A stretch of DNA of 63,150 nucleotides, the filler included, from Choristocarpus tenellus KU-1152 (Eukaryota > Protista > Phaeophyceae), in the NCBI GenBank assembly GCA_964200185.2. It is 9 parts of 9 records of this genome, joined end to end, with 100 filler letters (N's around TTAATTAATTAA, not from the genome) between each part and the next. Parts side by side here need not be neighbours in the genome. Positions count along the whole stretch, not along the records: positions 20,484 to 26,324 come from CAXNAD020009623.1; positions 26,425 to 32,728 come from CAXNAD020008428.1; positions 32,829 to 60,370 come from CAXNAD020000143.1; 6 more parts are not named here. One strand, given 5' to 3'. Below are positions 24,637-36,900 of the stretch, piece after piece. A program made the position numbers and the translations under genes. The notes under the pieces were generated by a model. It was not told where the DNA came from and did no database searches. It saw only the letters and a program-made list of their open reading frames with translations. Numbering within the stretch: position 1 is the first letter of the stretch; each line of letters starts with the position of its first letter.

Positions 24637-26424
24637 CTGCATGCCCCAAGAAAAAGTAGCAAGCATGGGGCGAGGACCATGATGGTGCTTCATCCCTACA
24701 CTTCTACAAATGGCTCACCTTGCATGTACTTGTTAACATATTTTCATACTTTCTACACTGACAGCTAATTGGGGGGTAACATATTTGTTGATGCCGACAA
24801 ATGTACCTACGGCATCATACTCACACAAACAACACACAAAGGTGCAATTTTACCTTGAACAAGCATGCTCTAAACACACAAGCCCCTCAATGTCCATACA
24901 TGCACTCACAAACAAAAGAGAGTCACACGCACAATGCCAGACACCACACAACCTCGAACGCCTCCCAGACATGTAGTTGTCTTCAGACCTTACCAGCAGC
25001 TCCACATCCCTCGACATGTTTCTTCAAGAAAGCGGTGGAAGGGCAAGAAGGGAACAGGACTCACTCACTTTCCATTACATCCACTCACAGAACTCCTGCA
25101 ACTGAAACGCGTAACAGCAGAAGACATCAACATGTACCACGGCACCAACAGTGCACAGTAGAGAACACAATTCATAGGGGGAAACCTATGATATCACTAT
25201 CCATATGTAGAAAGGGAAACAGTATCAGGACTTCCTCCCAAATGTCATACCACCCTAAGGGCATCAACGGCTCAAGTCAACCTCAAAAGAATTGCTCCTC
25301 TTGCATGTTGTACCTGCGTGGCAAGGCAACGTATTGTATATGTAGTATGCAGTACTATATATATATAGTTCATTTGAACAAAATGGAGGATTGCGAGGCT
25401 TGCCCACCGACCATCCCTAAAGGCGTGCTTCAGCAGCAGCCTACCCATGGCATCTGCCTTGCACTTCCCCTCCTCCCTCAGCTGAGTCATAGAATGCCAT
25501 ATAAAGTATCACCGCAAGGCATGTCACAGCATCATCAGTATGGGTGCAGGAAGTATCACAAGCCAAAGTGAGGCAAAAATGGCCCAATCCAAGATATCCT
25601 TAAAAGGACTGTTCGAGACTCTTGGAATGAACACAAAAGGGATTTTTGAATTGAGAAAAAGAAGGGGAGGTTCACTTTAAAATCACACTGCACATGGCAC
25701 TCTCTCTAGTTTTGTACACTTCAAATGAACAAACCACTCATATGTGGAGACCACGGACGATACCCTATGCACAACATCCCAAAGACTCCAGGATATGAAT
25801 ATATACACACGAGGAAGTATATACATACACATTGTGCATACCCTAGAGAATACACACAATTCCCAATCCAACTACTCTAGAGCAACATTGCACCATCCCC
25901 ATATTGGTACTGCTCAAAAAATACCCAGGATCCAGGAGGACAGTGCTTGTTGGCCTAAATGAACTTGAAATCCTAATCAAAACCCAAGACATCACCCATT
26001 CTTGACCCAACTCCAACCTATCTGCATGACATCATTCCTAAAACCTAACCATTCTTTCCGCTTTACACAGTAGTGAACTTCAGGACCCTCTCCACCAAGA
26101 TTGTACCCATTGAAAATATCTACAAAAAATGCGAGTAATCTCAATGTTGATGTGGAAGGAGGCACAGTCTTAAGCCCCAGATGAATAACCTATACACAAG
26201 TACAGTCCTGACACAATAGGATACACTCACCTTGCAATCCAATATATACCTGTGCAAATTACCTTGGGAAGTAATGCTATTTGTTAGTAGTGAAGATAAG
26301 AAGGTGTGAAGCCTCACACGACCCNNNNNNNNNNNNNNNNNNNNNNNNNNNNNNNNNNNNNNNNNNNNTTAATTAATTAANNNNNNNNNNNNNNNNNNNN
26401 NNNNNNNNNNNNNNNNNNNNNNNN

Positions 26425-29400
26425 GTTCCCAACAAGTTTCTCGCAAGTCGAAACAATACCCGCCACAGGTTCCCAGCTTACCTCTTTAACCCGCTTCTGT
26501 TTCCCAGTTCGCCCGGATCTATCACCAGCGTGCACCCAGCCTTCTACAAAACTACTTTTCCCTTACTTCTCAAGGGTAATAAACGCGGCGTTGTCACGTG
26601 TGTGGTCACTGGTCGGCCGAAGCCAGTGAAGATCCACCCCACTCTCCCCGTCCTCGCCGACGCGCTCCGCTAGGATCTTGCCGAACAAGAGCGGCGCCTC
26701 CGTTGCCACAAAAAAGGCAAATCTGCCTTCCTGCACGGAGACGAGTTTTCCATGGTTCACCGATGTCAAGGTAGCATGAGGCCAACCCTGTCTACGGGAG
26801 CCAGCTTCTTCCTTGTCACTGTCCGATGAGGAAGAGTCTGTTTCCTCGAGCCCGCCAAGATCATTGTCACCGCTGACGAGATTATCTCCTCCACCCGAAC
26901 GTTCGCCCTGGTCGGTGTCTTTGACATCGCTGTTACCAGTTCCAGCGCCATCGTCATCGACGGGAAGCCAATGGACTGGGAGGTCGAATTCTCGTTCCCC
27001 TGTCTTTTGGAGAAGCCGCACAGACTCGCTTTGCTTGTGTTTTGCTCTCTGAACGGCTTCATCGTCTGCGAAGGTGGAATCCATGAGCACGAGAACATCA
27101 ACGGTATGGAAGCATTAATGTTACTTTGTAACCAGGCGTGAGGTTTCACAAATGCGCTCGGGGAGCATGCAGTGAGAGGTAGGGTGTATATTTCGTCGGA
27201 TTCGTGTCTGTTGAGTACAAGACCAGTACCCTCAAAAAACATTTATCGGGGGTAATCTATAGTACTTTTTTATTGTGACATGCGACGATCACTACGCATG
27301 AGAATGGAATATTTTTCAAGATTTTTTTTCTAAAGGCTGCAAATGCTCCCTCGTACAAGAGTTGCACCTGATTTTTTTGGCTGCCACCGAATACAAAAAT
27401 TTGCCATCAACTCCCCCCACGAAAAAATCGACTTACCCAATGGGTACACAGCAGCGAGGCGCTCGTGCGACGCCTGGTACCGCTGCTCCACCTTCAGGAT
27501 GACGTCTTCGGGAACACTCTTTGAGCTGGTAGGGTGGTGCATCTTGGATACGAGGCGGGTGGCTGATGAAGAGGTCGTGCGGAGGGTTATTGGAGTCGAT
27601 AGCAAGGTCTCCGCCTATCCCACTCCATTTGGTGCTGTGCATGTATTGCTTCGCGTTAACCTTCACCCGCCCATCACCGCCTTTTTCAACGCAAAAAGCC
27701 CTGTAGATCGTGATATTGGGGACACGGTTGACGCGACAGCGAAGGAATCCCTTGAACTTTCCCTCGTTCCGTAGGGTCTTGCAGTATACTGGAACCTCAG
27801 TGTAGGAGGCCTGCAGCTCTTCACCCAGCTGTGTTCTTGTGAATATGTTCTTCCCTTTTTTACCGCATGAGAACCTGGAGGTGAAATGTAAGCAAGATAA
27901 TTTTGAGGCAGAGGCGAAAGAAACAAAGTGGAGAAGCAATGTATATATGCAGGCACATGCTCCGATGCATGTATATGGAAGTATATATATAAAAAGAGAT
28001 GATGCGTATATTTTTTTATTATTTTGTTTCGAGAGTAGGTTACGAAACAGTTCTGGCAGCTGCTCTTATTGTTCCATTTTGTAGGGGGGAAATCAAAAGC
28101 CAAATAATCAATTATAGTGTATGACCATAAACCTTCCATGGATGCAACAAGCGTGAGCTGCAAACCTCAAGGCAGTATCTGAACGTATCAAAACACTATG
28201 TGGCTATCGGAATTGTATATCTTGCCTAATTACTTGGAGAAGATCTGATCGATTTTGATGTGCGTGTGCCTGACCACCATAAATGTATTTCGACAACACG
28301 AATGACACTCGCCGTAACCAACAGCCCCACCTATCCGAGAAAGAAATTGTTCTTGTTCTCTGAGATGCAGTTGTCGACCTGGCCAGTTTGGAGAGTTTGG
28401 AGCGAGGGAGGGATAGGCGTGAGGCCGATATATCAGCCCATTTAGCCGCGTTTCGTGGAGGAACAGGGTATGTTTCCAGTACTGCTAGAGCGCAACCTCT
28501 ACATCACCGCCATCATATATGCAGGTTGCAACGCACAAACCAAAACTAAAGACCGTGCAGATAGTTACTTGGTGACCGGTATTCAGTGAGTATGTGTTGA
28601 GTAGGTCGTGTCAAGATGAAACTTTCTTACCTACCAATGCGTGTGCTGGATGATGCAACTCCCCGCGTGATCGAGGCTGTTGTGGTACTTGTCGATAAGC
28701 CTTGTGAGGGCAAGGTGGGTGGCTGTGCAGACAAGGTTACAACCTACGCGAACGATGATGTCCGTCGTTAGTTGGCCATAGTACCATGCTCACTTACGCA
28801 TTGTTTAATTGGAGCAAAAAAGAGGGGTAACGGATTTGTTCTTGCAATGTAGAGCAAATATAACGATCTTCGTAAATCTGCCAGGAGCGTCATTCTGTTC
28901 GGGCCTCACCGCCGTTTGCAGAAGCGGCAAAGGAGGCGAATCTACCATCACCATCATCATCATCATTGCGAAGCGCTTTGGACATACGAAGTACACACTT
29001 TTCCTACCAATGTCAGACCGGGCCCGGGGCCGTAGAGTAGGTGTACATGGCGTTGCAATAACAGTTATTGTGTCTTCCTTCGTAAAAGCGACGAAGAGAA
29101 TCATCATCAACATTGTATTCTCGACATAGCAAACGAAAAAAATAGCCCTTGGTACGAATCTTCACATGTTCTTTTAACCATAATATCAGACCGGTTAAAG
29201 TAATACATATCCACCACTCGAAATACTACTTCGACCCACTTCTTCTACGTACTGCTGGGTCACACGGTTTGGAACTAACTCCAACACAGGGTGCGGCCAA
29301 CATCTCCACAACCAAGGGCAAAACCTACCTCTTTGTTCGCGGTATAGATCACAATTGTGGACTTGTGAGGCATGAACTGCCCGTATGTATCAGCCCAGTA

Positions 29401-30350
29401 GTCTATCCAGGACATCACCAGGTCTCGTTTCGGAGCCATGTCCTTATCTTTGTTCGTGCTGTTCCTGTTGTAGTAGCGCAAGTATGTATATAAATGGATG
29501 GGAGATGTGTTGGAGGTGGATACGAGGGACGGGGGATGGAATCCTAGAGGGATCGTATGCCAGCAGCGGATCATATATTCTGTATATATTTACGCGTGGT
29601 ACATGCTGCAGCAGCGCGGGGACGGCCGGATGAGATAATATTTGGGCAGCGTAAAAAAACATACCGCACGTGTATATACGCACATAGGTAACACATAGCT
29701 CCACGCTGGAGGGATCTCTAACTTTGTATATCAGACATCTAGGCGTGGTTGCTGCAAAGTGAATGTGGTGAGTACGGTCGGATGACATTGTTCTGAGATA
29801 GGACTACTGTTCAATCATCAAGCAGGGGGGAGAATATACTGGGTACAAATAACACTGTGTACATACGTCAAACCCACCTCTCCACTCAAGTGGATGCTCT
29901 TGCGTTAGGTGTGCCTTTGCAAGCGTCGATGACATGATTGGATATCTGAACGATGCCTTGAAAAACTGCGTACAGACGGGAATGCCGGCCGCGAGCATAG
30001 GTCCACCTCCAGGTCCCAATTTTATCACAGGTACACAGTCGCCAACGAAGTGCTTGCGATCGCGGCGGTTCTCACACGCGCGGATGATGTCCTGCTCTTT
30101 GGCCAACGTGCGTGCAAGGAAGGACTCGCTATCTGCCGCGAACTTCTTCACACAGGCTAAGCGCTTGCAGCAGTCACCCTGTTCGCTGACCGGGATGGGT
30201 TCAGCCTATCCTCGGCGAAGCTTGGCGTCGGTCGCTGAAGCGTCATTGGTAGAAAGCTCCAGCACATCATTGTTGGCGGGCTGGTGAGGGGGCAACACAG
30301 GGGGAGACACAGGCGACAAAAGCCACCCCCTTGCTGTGGAAGCAACTGTC
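26425..30350 (-). pseudogene. Multi-exon Sola-like (DUF7869-type) DDE/D transposase, decayed
   Basis: CCKRLAC; VCTQFFKASF; WIDYWADTYGQFMP; GCNLVCT; QVDNCISENKNNFFLG*VGLLV...(frameshift)MVVRHTHIKIDQIFS (28235-28380); acidic linker and C-terminal V.LHW beta-domain. Stop at 28331-28333 and frameshifts. Confidence 0.8.
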
Positions 30351-30426
30351 ATGGTGTTTTCGGGCAACAGACGGTCTTGGGCAGTGAGAAGGTCTAGGAG
30401 TGATTATATTCAAAGGCAGGCGTATA

Positions 30427-30945
30427 AACTTTGTTTGAGCTCCAGGTTATCCGTGGTACCACCCTGAGATCCATGATCCTGAAAATCCGTGTATTACGTT
30501 TTTAGGAAGTTGTAAATCCGATTATATCCGCACTTACAAATTGTTTAAAATAAAATCACATACTTCATTGATTTTGTACGTTTCCAATGTTCCGAAATGA
30601 ACTTTGTTTGAGCTCTGGGCTATCCGTGGGACCACCCTGAGATCCATGATCCTGAAAATCTGTGTATTACGTTGTTAGGAAGTTGTAAATCCGATTATAT
30701 CCATACTTACAAATTGCTTAAAACACAAAGCACATACTTCATTGATATTGTACGTTTCCAATGTTCCGAAACGAACTTTGTTTGAGCACTGGGCTATCCG
30801 TGGGACTACCCTGAGATCCATAATCCTGAAAATTCGTGTATTACGTTTTTAGGAAGTTGTAAATCCGATTATATCCGTACTTACAAATTGCTTAAAATAC
30901 AAAGCACATACTTCATTGATCTTGTATGCTTCCAATGTTCAGTAA
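30427..30945. repeat. Three tandem ~174-bp repeats
   Basis: AACTTTGTTTGAGC starts at 30427, 30600 and 30774. Confidence 0.95.
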
Positions 30946-31404
30946 CTAAAACGTCAAAACACAACTAGCACCCTCTACATTTTTGAAGTACAAAATCTTA
31001 CCAAATTGGACATTTGGATTCTTGTAAATTGTAGAGACGACACAATGTGGTTCTTTGAGTAAAACGGATCCAATCGGATCCGTTTTACTCCTAAACACCC
31101 TAAACACGTACGTTAGGATTTTTAGAAATAGTAAATACAGTAATAACCGTTCTTACAATTTTTGAAAATACCAAGGACGCACTTTATGGGTCTCACACGT
31201 TTCCAATTTTCAGAAACTAAAAGGACACTTCCAACTGGTACCCACAATTAATTTAAATACTAAATCCGCTTCTTGGTGACTTTACTATTCTTAAAAATAC
31301 TAGAGACCACAAAAAAGCTGATCTATGGTATTAAAGATCCGATCTGATCACGTTTACCGCTGAACACCCAACACACGTGCGTTAGGGTTTTTACGAAGTA
31401 ATAA

Positions 31405-32116
31405 TAATATTCTAATCTTTACATCAACAAACACAATTACAAACCACATCCTTCATTGATCCAATACGTTTGAAGGTACGAAACGAAAAAGTCACAAAAA
31501 ACTTCTACTCTCTGTCTCTTTCCAATATGAAATCGTATGCTGTTCGATATTCGTATTTTTTATAACACAATTGTCAAGGGAAAGACAAATCTGAGTTTTG
31601 AGGACCGACCGACCAGATGAAACAAAGCAGCACCGGAATAACAAAAATATTCTAATCTTTACATCAACAAACACAATTACAAACCACATCCTTCATTGAT
31701 CTAATACGTTTCAAAAGTACGAAACGAAAAGGTCACAAAAAACTGTTACTCTCTCTCTCTTTCCAATATGAAATCGTGTGCTGTTCGATATTCGTATTTT
31801 TTTTAGCACAAATGTCAAGGGAAAGATAAATCTGAGTTTTGAGGACCGACCGACCAGATGAAACAAAGCAGCACCGGAATAACAAAAATATTCTAATCTT
31901 TACATCAACAAATACAATTACAAACCACATCCTTCATTGATCTAATACGTTTCAAAGGTACGAAACGAAAAGGTCACAAAAAACTGTTACTCTCTGGCTC
32001 TTTCCAATATGAAATCGTATGCTGTTCGATATTCGTATTTTTTATAGCACAAATGTCAAGGGAAAGACAAATCTGAGTTTTGAGGATCGAATGACCAGAT
32101 GAAATAAAGCAGCACC
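31405..32116. repeat. Three tandem ~241-bp repeats
   Basis: AATATTCTAATCTTTACATCAACAAA recurs every 241 bp; duplicated minus-strand ORFs at 31492 and 31733. Confidence 0.95.
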
Positions 32117-32213
32117 TCCCATCCCTCAGTCCTCATTTCAATTCATTCCCTTCAGTATATACCACGCGCACCTGTTACTTACCGATCCCTGTCACACCCT
32201 CCCAACCTTTGCC

Positions 32214-32652
32214 ATGTCCAGCATTTGCTCAACAACAACCCACCCACCCGCCGATGGCGCTGCCCACGGATCGAGAACGTGGGGCAGCGATCTGAAGGGC
32301 ATGTCCTCGCTCCTAGAACATCACTACCTCGGCACGTACCTGACGAAACTCGGCAACATTACATGTACGGAGATGGTGCGTCCACTGAGCGAGCGTGGCC
32401 TTGTGTGGGTCAGCAAGTCTACCCACGAGAAAGGCTGGCTGGAGTAGTTTGCTCCATCTGTGGTAATCCAGCGAGACTCTTTAGGTAATGGGGACCAGCT
32501 CACCGCCGAAACCGCACTTGCCATTCAAGGACGTACACTGGACGGAAACCATAGAATAACGGTGCTGAAGAGAGAGTTTAATCCCGAACGCGCTTTCATG
32601 ATGTGGGTCTACATCGAGTTCAACCAAGCAGAAGAGAGGCTAATTGCCAATG
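32214..32652 (+). pseudogene. ParB/Srx-like domain gene (first exon), one premature stop
   Basis: Read-through of TAG 32445-32447 gives VRPLSERGLVWVSKSTHEKGWLE*FAPSVVI...RTLDGNHRITVLKREF...MWVYIEFNQAEERLIAN, then a probable GT donor. R.L...GW..P.V...DGxHR is the ParB/Srx N-terminal signature. Confidence 0.7.
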
Positions 32653-33661
32653 GTGGGTGATGGGGTGTTGTCGTTGTTCCATGATCGCCTGATGACTCTT
32701 CTGATCTACCAAGTTGTTACCGAGTTTCNNNNNNNNNNNNNNNNNNNNNNNNNNNNNNNNNNNNNNNNNNNNTTAATTAATTAANNNNNNNNNNNNNNNN
32801 NNNNNNNNNNNNNNNNNNNNNNNNNNNNGGGGGGGCAGACCGCTGACATACCCAGGATTTTCTCCACTTCTCCCAATCAACAAAATGGAGGTCAGTGGAA
32901 CATTGTGATGTCTGGATGTTTATCATTAAAGGTGTAAGTATTATCACATTTACCGCCATTGGTTTCTTACTGTACCATTGACAAAGTCACGGCCCTCTTC
33001 TAAACACTCATCAATGCCCTTCAATGAGTTGGTAATTTGGTTACAGGAGTAAGTGCTGCGTGCTCCAGCAATAATTTCCTCACAGAACATTGCAGTGCTC
33101 AGCACCGAGCACGCACTTGAAAAAAAATGAGCACATCGGAGAATTTTGAGCCAATTAAATTTATCAACCGGTTCACAACTCTACTGTAGACTTCCCGAAA
33201 AGGAAACAGTGCACTTGCACTGATTTCATAAGGTGAAGAGATCTAACAGAGGTTGACAACATCGCCTTATATCTCAAGGAGAGCTGGTTGAAATCAACTG
33301 TCCTCACTCTTGCTCTCTCCTCTTAATCAGTAGCAAGACCAGAACAGCCCTCTCCAGCCCCTGAACTCTCTTGCAAAAGGGTGGCAAAAACATCAAGAGG
33401 TAGGCACAACCAAGTCCACAAGATACTGCTCGTAGGAAAATAGATACCTGAATATCACTCTGTAGTGCTACGTAGCAATTGGAAGTGCAACATGCAAAGC
33501 AGTAGATACAATAAACTATTTTCAATACTATTCACAGCTTGGAAAAACGTTTATGCTAAATACTTCAGCATAAGGTAGAGCCATGAAATGTGCTCCTCCC
33601 TCCGTCCCTCCCTCCACCAATTCCACCAAAGGGTCCTGTGCAATCTCTGCTCCTCTCTCAC

Positions 33662-33877
33662 CTTGCTGGCAGAGGGAAAGTTCAGTCCCGTACCACCAGC
33701 CTTGCTACTAAGGAGAAAAATAAAGCAATCAATAGCATCCCTGGAGTTGAAGCGGGGTCTATGAAGGACTGGCGGTCCCCCACAGGAGTCCTGCCATTGA
33801 GGCGCAACCAGCTATTATACCCTGCAGATATCAGGTAAGCCTTCCAAAACGTGTGGGAGGTGGTTACCTTACATGCA

Positions 33878-33924
<47 letters not shown>

Positions 33925-36900
33925 CTGCTTGGCAATGGCAACTTGGCCCCAATCTGGACAAATGTAGTCGAAGACTTTCAAGAAAATGCTTTCCTTGAGG
34001 TCAATCTAAAGCTAAAATCTGACCAACTGGGTGTTAGGCTGAAGCAGTATTTCAAAGCAAGAGGATTTTTCACTTCTCGAGAATCACCCAAACTCATTAC
34101 TCAACTCAGAGCTTTCCATTGCACACCTACTACAGCCCACAACTTTGCCCATGCATCAAAATTCAAAGCGATCAGTACGATACACGGTTGACCAGACGGC
34201 CAAGCTAGTCCTTTCCTACTACCATGCCATATCAAAATAGAATTGCTAATATGTACATCCCTTGCTCTATCACATTCCTATAGGATGATGTATCACTTTC
34301 AGGACACTGAGATAGCCAAAATTCCTGCCTCCAAAGAGCTACAATCAAACTTCACATAAAAAAAACGCATCACAGAAAGGTACTATTAAAGATCTTCACC
34401 ATGTTTTGTACAGAGAGGGAAGAAGCCTTTGTGATGTCACTGAAGTGCTCCAGTTATTAAAATGCATTACTTCAACGAGTCGGATCAAGTGGCACACAGT
34501 TCGATATAGCCAGCAGACACAGCTTCTACAGCTCTTCAAGGCGGAGGGACAAACATTGCACAGGTATCGATTCATCATGTCTCGTTGAACACCAACATTA
34601 TAGTATCTCTCCCCTTCCTCCCTCCACATCATTTGCCTTACTTCATAGCCCCTCAGCTACACAGTCCCACTTCAAGATAGACAACGGCAAACAACACATT
34701 GCCACAAAGCCTCTCCTGCGTACTTTCCAAAGTCTTCTCCTCTTTCAAGACTTTCAGTCTGTCAAAACCAAAACCTTAACCCTCCCTCCTTCCAATTACT
34801 CAACTTCCACAGAGGCATTTCAAAGCCACACGACAAAATATATCATCAAACGCACATAGCTACACTGACACATAGACACACCTCTATGCACACAAACACG
34901 AACAAAACATACCTGGAGTGTATCAAGAGTAGCCGTGCTCCAGCTGAAGAGGAGTACCTTAGACTGAGAGATGTCTTGTTGGAATTGACATAGTAGAATA
35001 TGTGTATATAGCAGATGCCACAACAGGTAAATGTAACTACACTTGTATGGTACAATGACATAGTGGGCAAGTCCACATACAACTTCTTTTGATCACAAGA
35101 GACCAACCAAGAGGCCCACATATCGTCAATGTATGTAGAACATAGACTGTACACAGGAAGCACCTCAAAGCCTCGAATTTCATGGCAAGTACATGCACTA
35201 TTTTACACCTACTACCTATAATCTCAACTGTAGTTATGATTGCCAACCGGCCCCATTGCTCAACCTAAGCTCCCTCAATTCCCAACAGTCCTTGCATAGG
35301 GTTGTCCTAAACCACGACGGCAAATGAGGTATCTGCCCAAGAACGGGGCGGATGCGCTATGGAGGGCTCACTTTGGAGATAGCTTGGGTAAGGCTTCATC
35401 CTTGTACTGGATAACACAAAAAAATAGATAACCGCTTCTATTTGATTCTTTGTTCTCATTACCATACCATATTTCCCAACAAGCAAACTGCTGAGCTCCA
35501 ACCTGATTATAAACCATCACTATAACCTTGCTACCATCACTTAGAACCTACAAACACCCCCCCCCTCCCCTCCCCGTAAAACACCCTTAAGAGCAATCTT
35601 GCAAACACATGACACACCTAGAGTGTCATCTTTCCACACAACTCATCTCGGCATAGCTGTATATACCATGGTGATCGTATCAGTCGCCAGTCTCTCTCCT
35701 GTTCCCTATCCCTTGTCCCCTCCCTGATCCCTTCAGCACTCCCTTCACCCAACACCTCATCCTGCCCTTCACTCATAATAGCTCTAGCCTACTCAGTGAA
35801 GGCCACATTGGCAAATGCCCATTGATGCTGTAGCTTTTCCTTGTCCCTCTCTTCACCACCTCAAAAAAGAGTAAAATTGTAGATGTGAGCATTGGTGTAT
35901 ATGCCTGAATCCATTGTCAAACATAGATAGATCACTGTTCTGCCGGGGAAGACAGTCGTGTTCTTCCCTCTCACTCTATTTTTCCTCATGTTGTTGGGAG
36001 TTGGTACAGCGATCCAAGCGGGACTTAAACCTATAAACCATGACCTTCAACTAGATCAGACATTGACATACATACCACTGTACCACCAGGACAGATAGTC
36101 ACGGCATTATTTGTGTAGGTGGTAGAGTGGTATCACAATATATCACACATATGGGTGCGTGGATTTACTTTGGCATGACATATACAGGTCCATACCAGAT
36201 TTGCAGAATGGAACCTATCAGTTTGTCGTTGCTGATAACAACGTACATGTTTTCTACATGCAACAGTCTCCCGGACATATTCAAGCAAAGCAAAGTACAA
36301 TCTGTCTGACTCCAAACCATACAGCTCGCAAATCATGATGAGCTTTGATGTTTCACGTGTTTGCTTGTTTAATGAGTGCTTTTTCCTTGAGGACTACAAA
36401 AAAAGGACCTCGCAAACCCCCCACATGTCCTAGCATGCACTGAATGAATCTACAATGAAGGGATGAACCCCGGCATCCCAACCCTTCGCCTTTGGTGATC
36501 CCCAGCGTACCAAGAATATACACAAACTTTGATTGACAAACACCATGTCAGGCATTAAAAGCAGCAAGCCGTAGTCAATCAAGAAACCTGCAGGAGGGAG
36601 GGATGATTGGCAATCTTCTGCAGAATCGTAAGGGCAGGGAGGAGGCAGCAGAGGGGGCAAAATGGCTTGAATGAGGGAGGGTACGAGACAGAGGGCGGGA
36701 ACAACGGAGGGGATGGGGAGAAGAGGGGGATGTGAACAAAAATATTGTGATGGTCTTCCACAGTGCTGACTAAAAAATAATCTAAGATCTCACGACTATT
36801 AACAGGTGTGGGAAGAGAGAAGAGGGTTGATACGTATCATGGCATCCCAGGAACCTTGCCGGGGCATGAATGAGAGTGTCGGTGTTGATAGAGGGGGGCA

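Noticed and set aside
24801-25571. 256-aa plus-strand ORF
   Set aside because: No recognisable motifs; it lies antisense to the probable upstream intronic region of the DUF2009 gene and has low-complexity CA-rich composition
30427-32116. CRISPR-like array
   Set aside because: Units are 174-270 bp with near-identical interiors, no unique spacers and no cas genes
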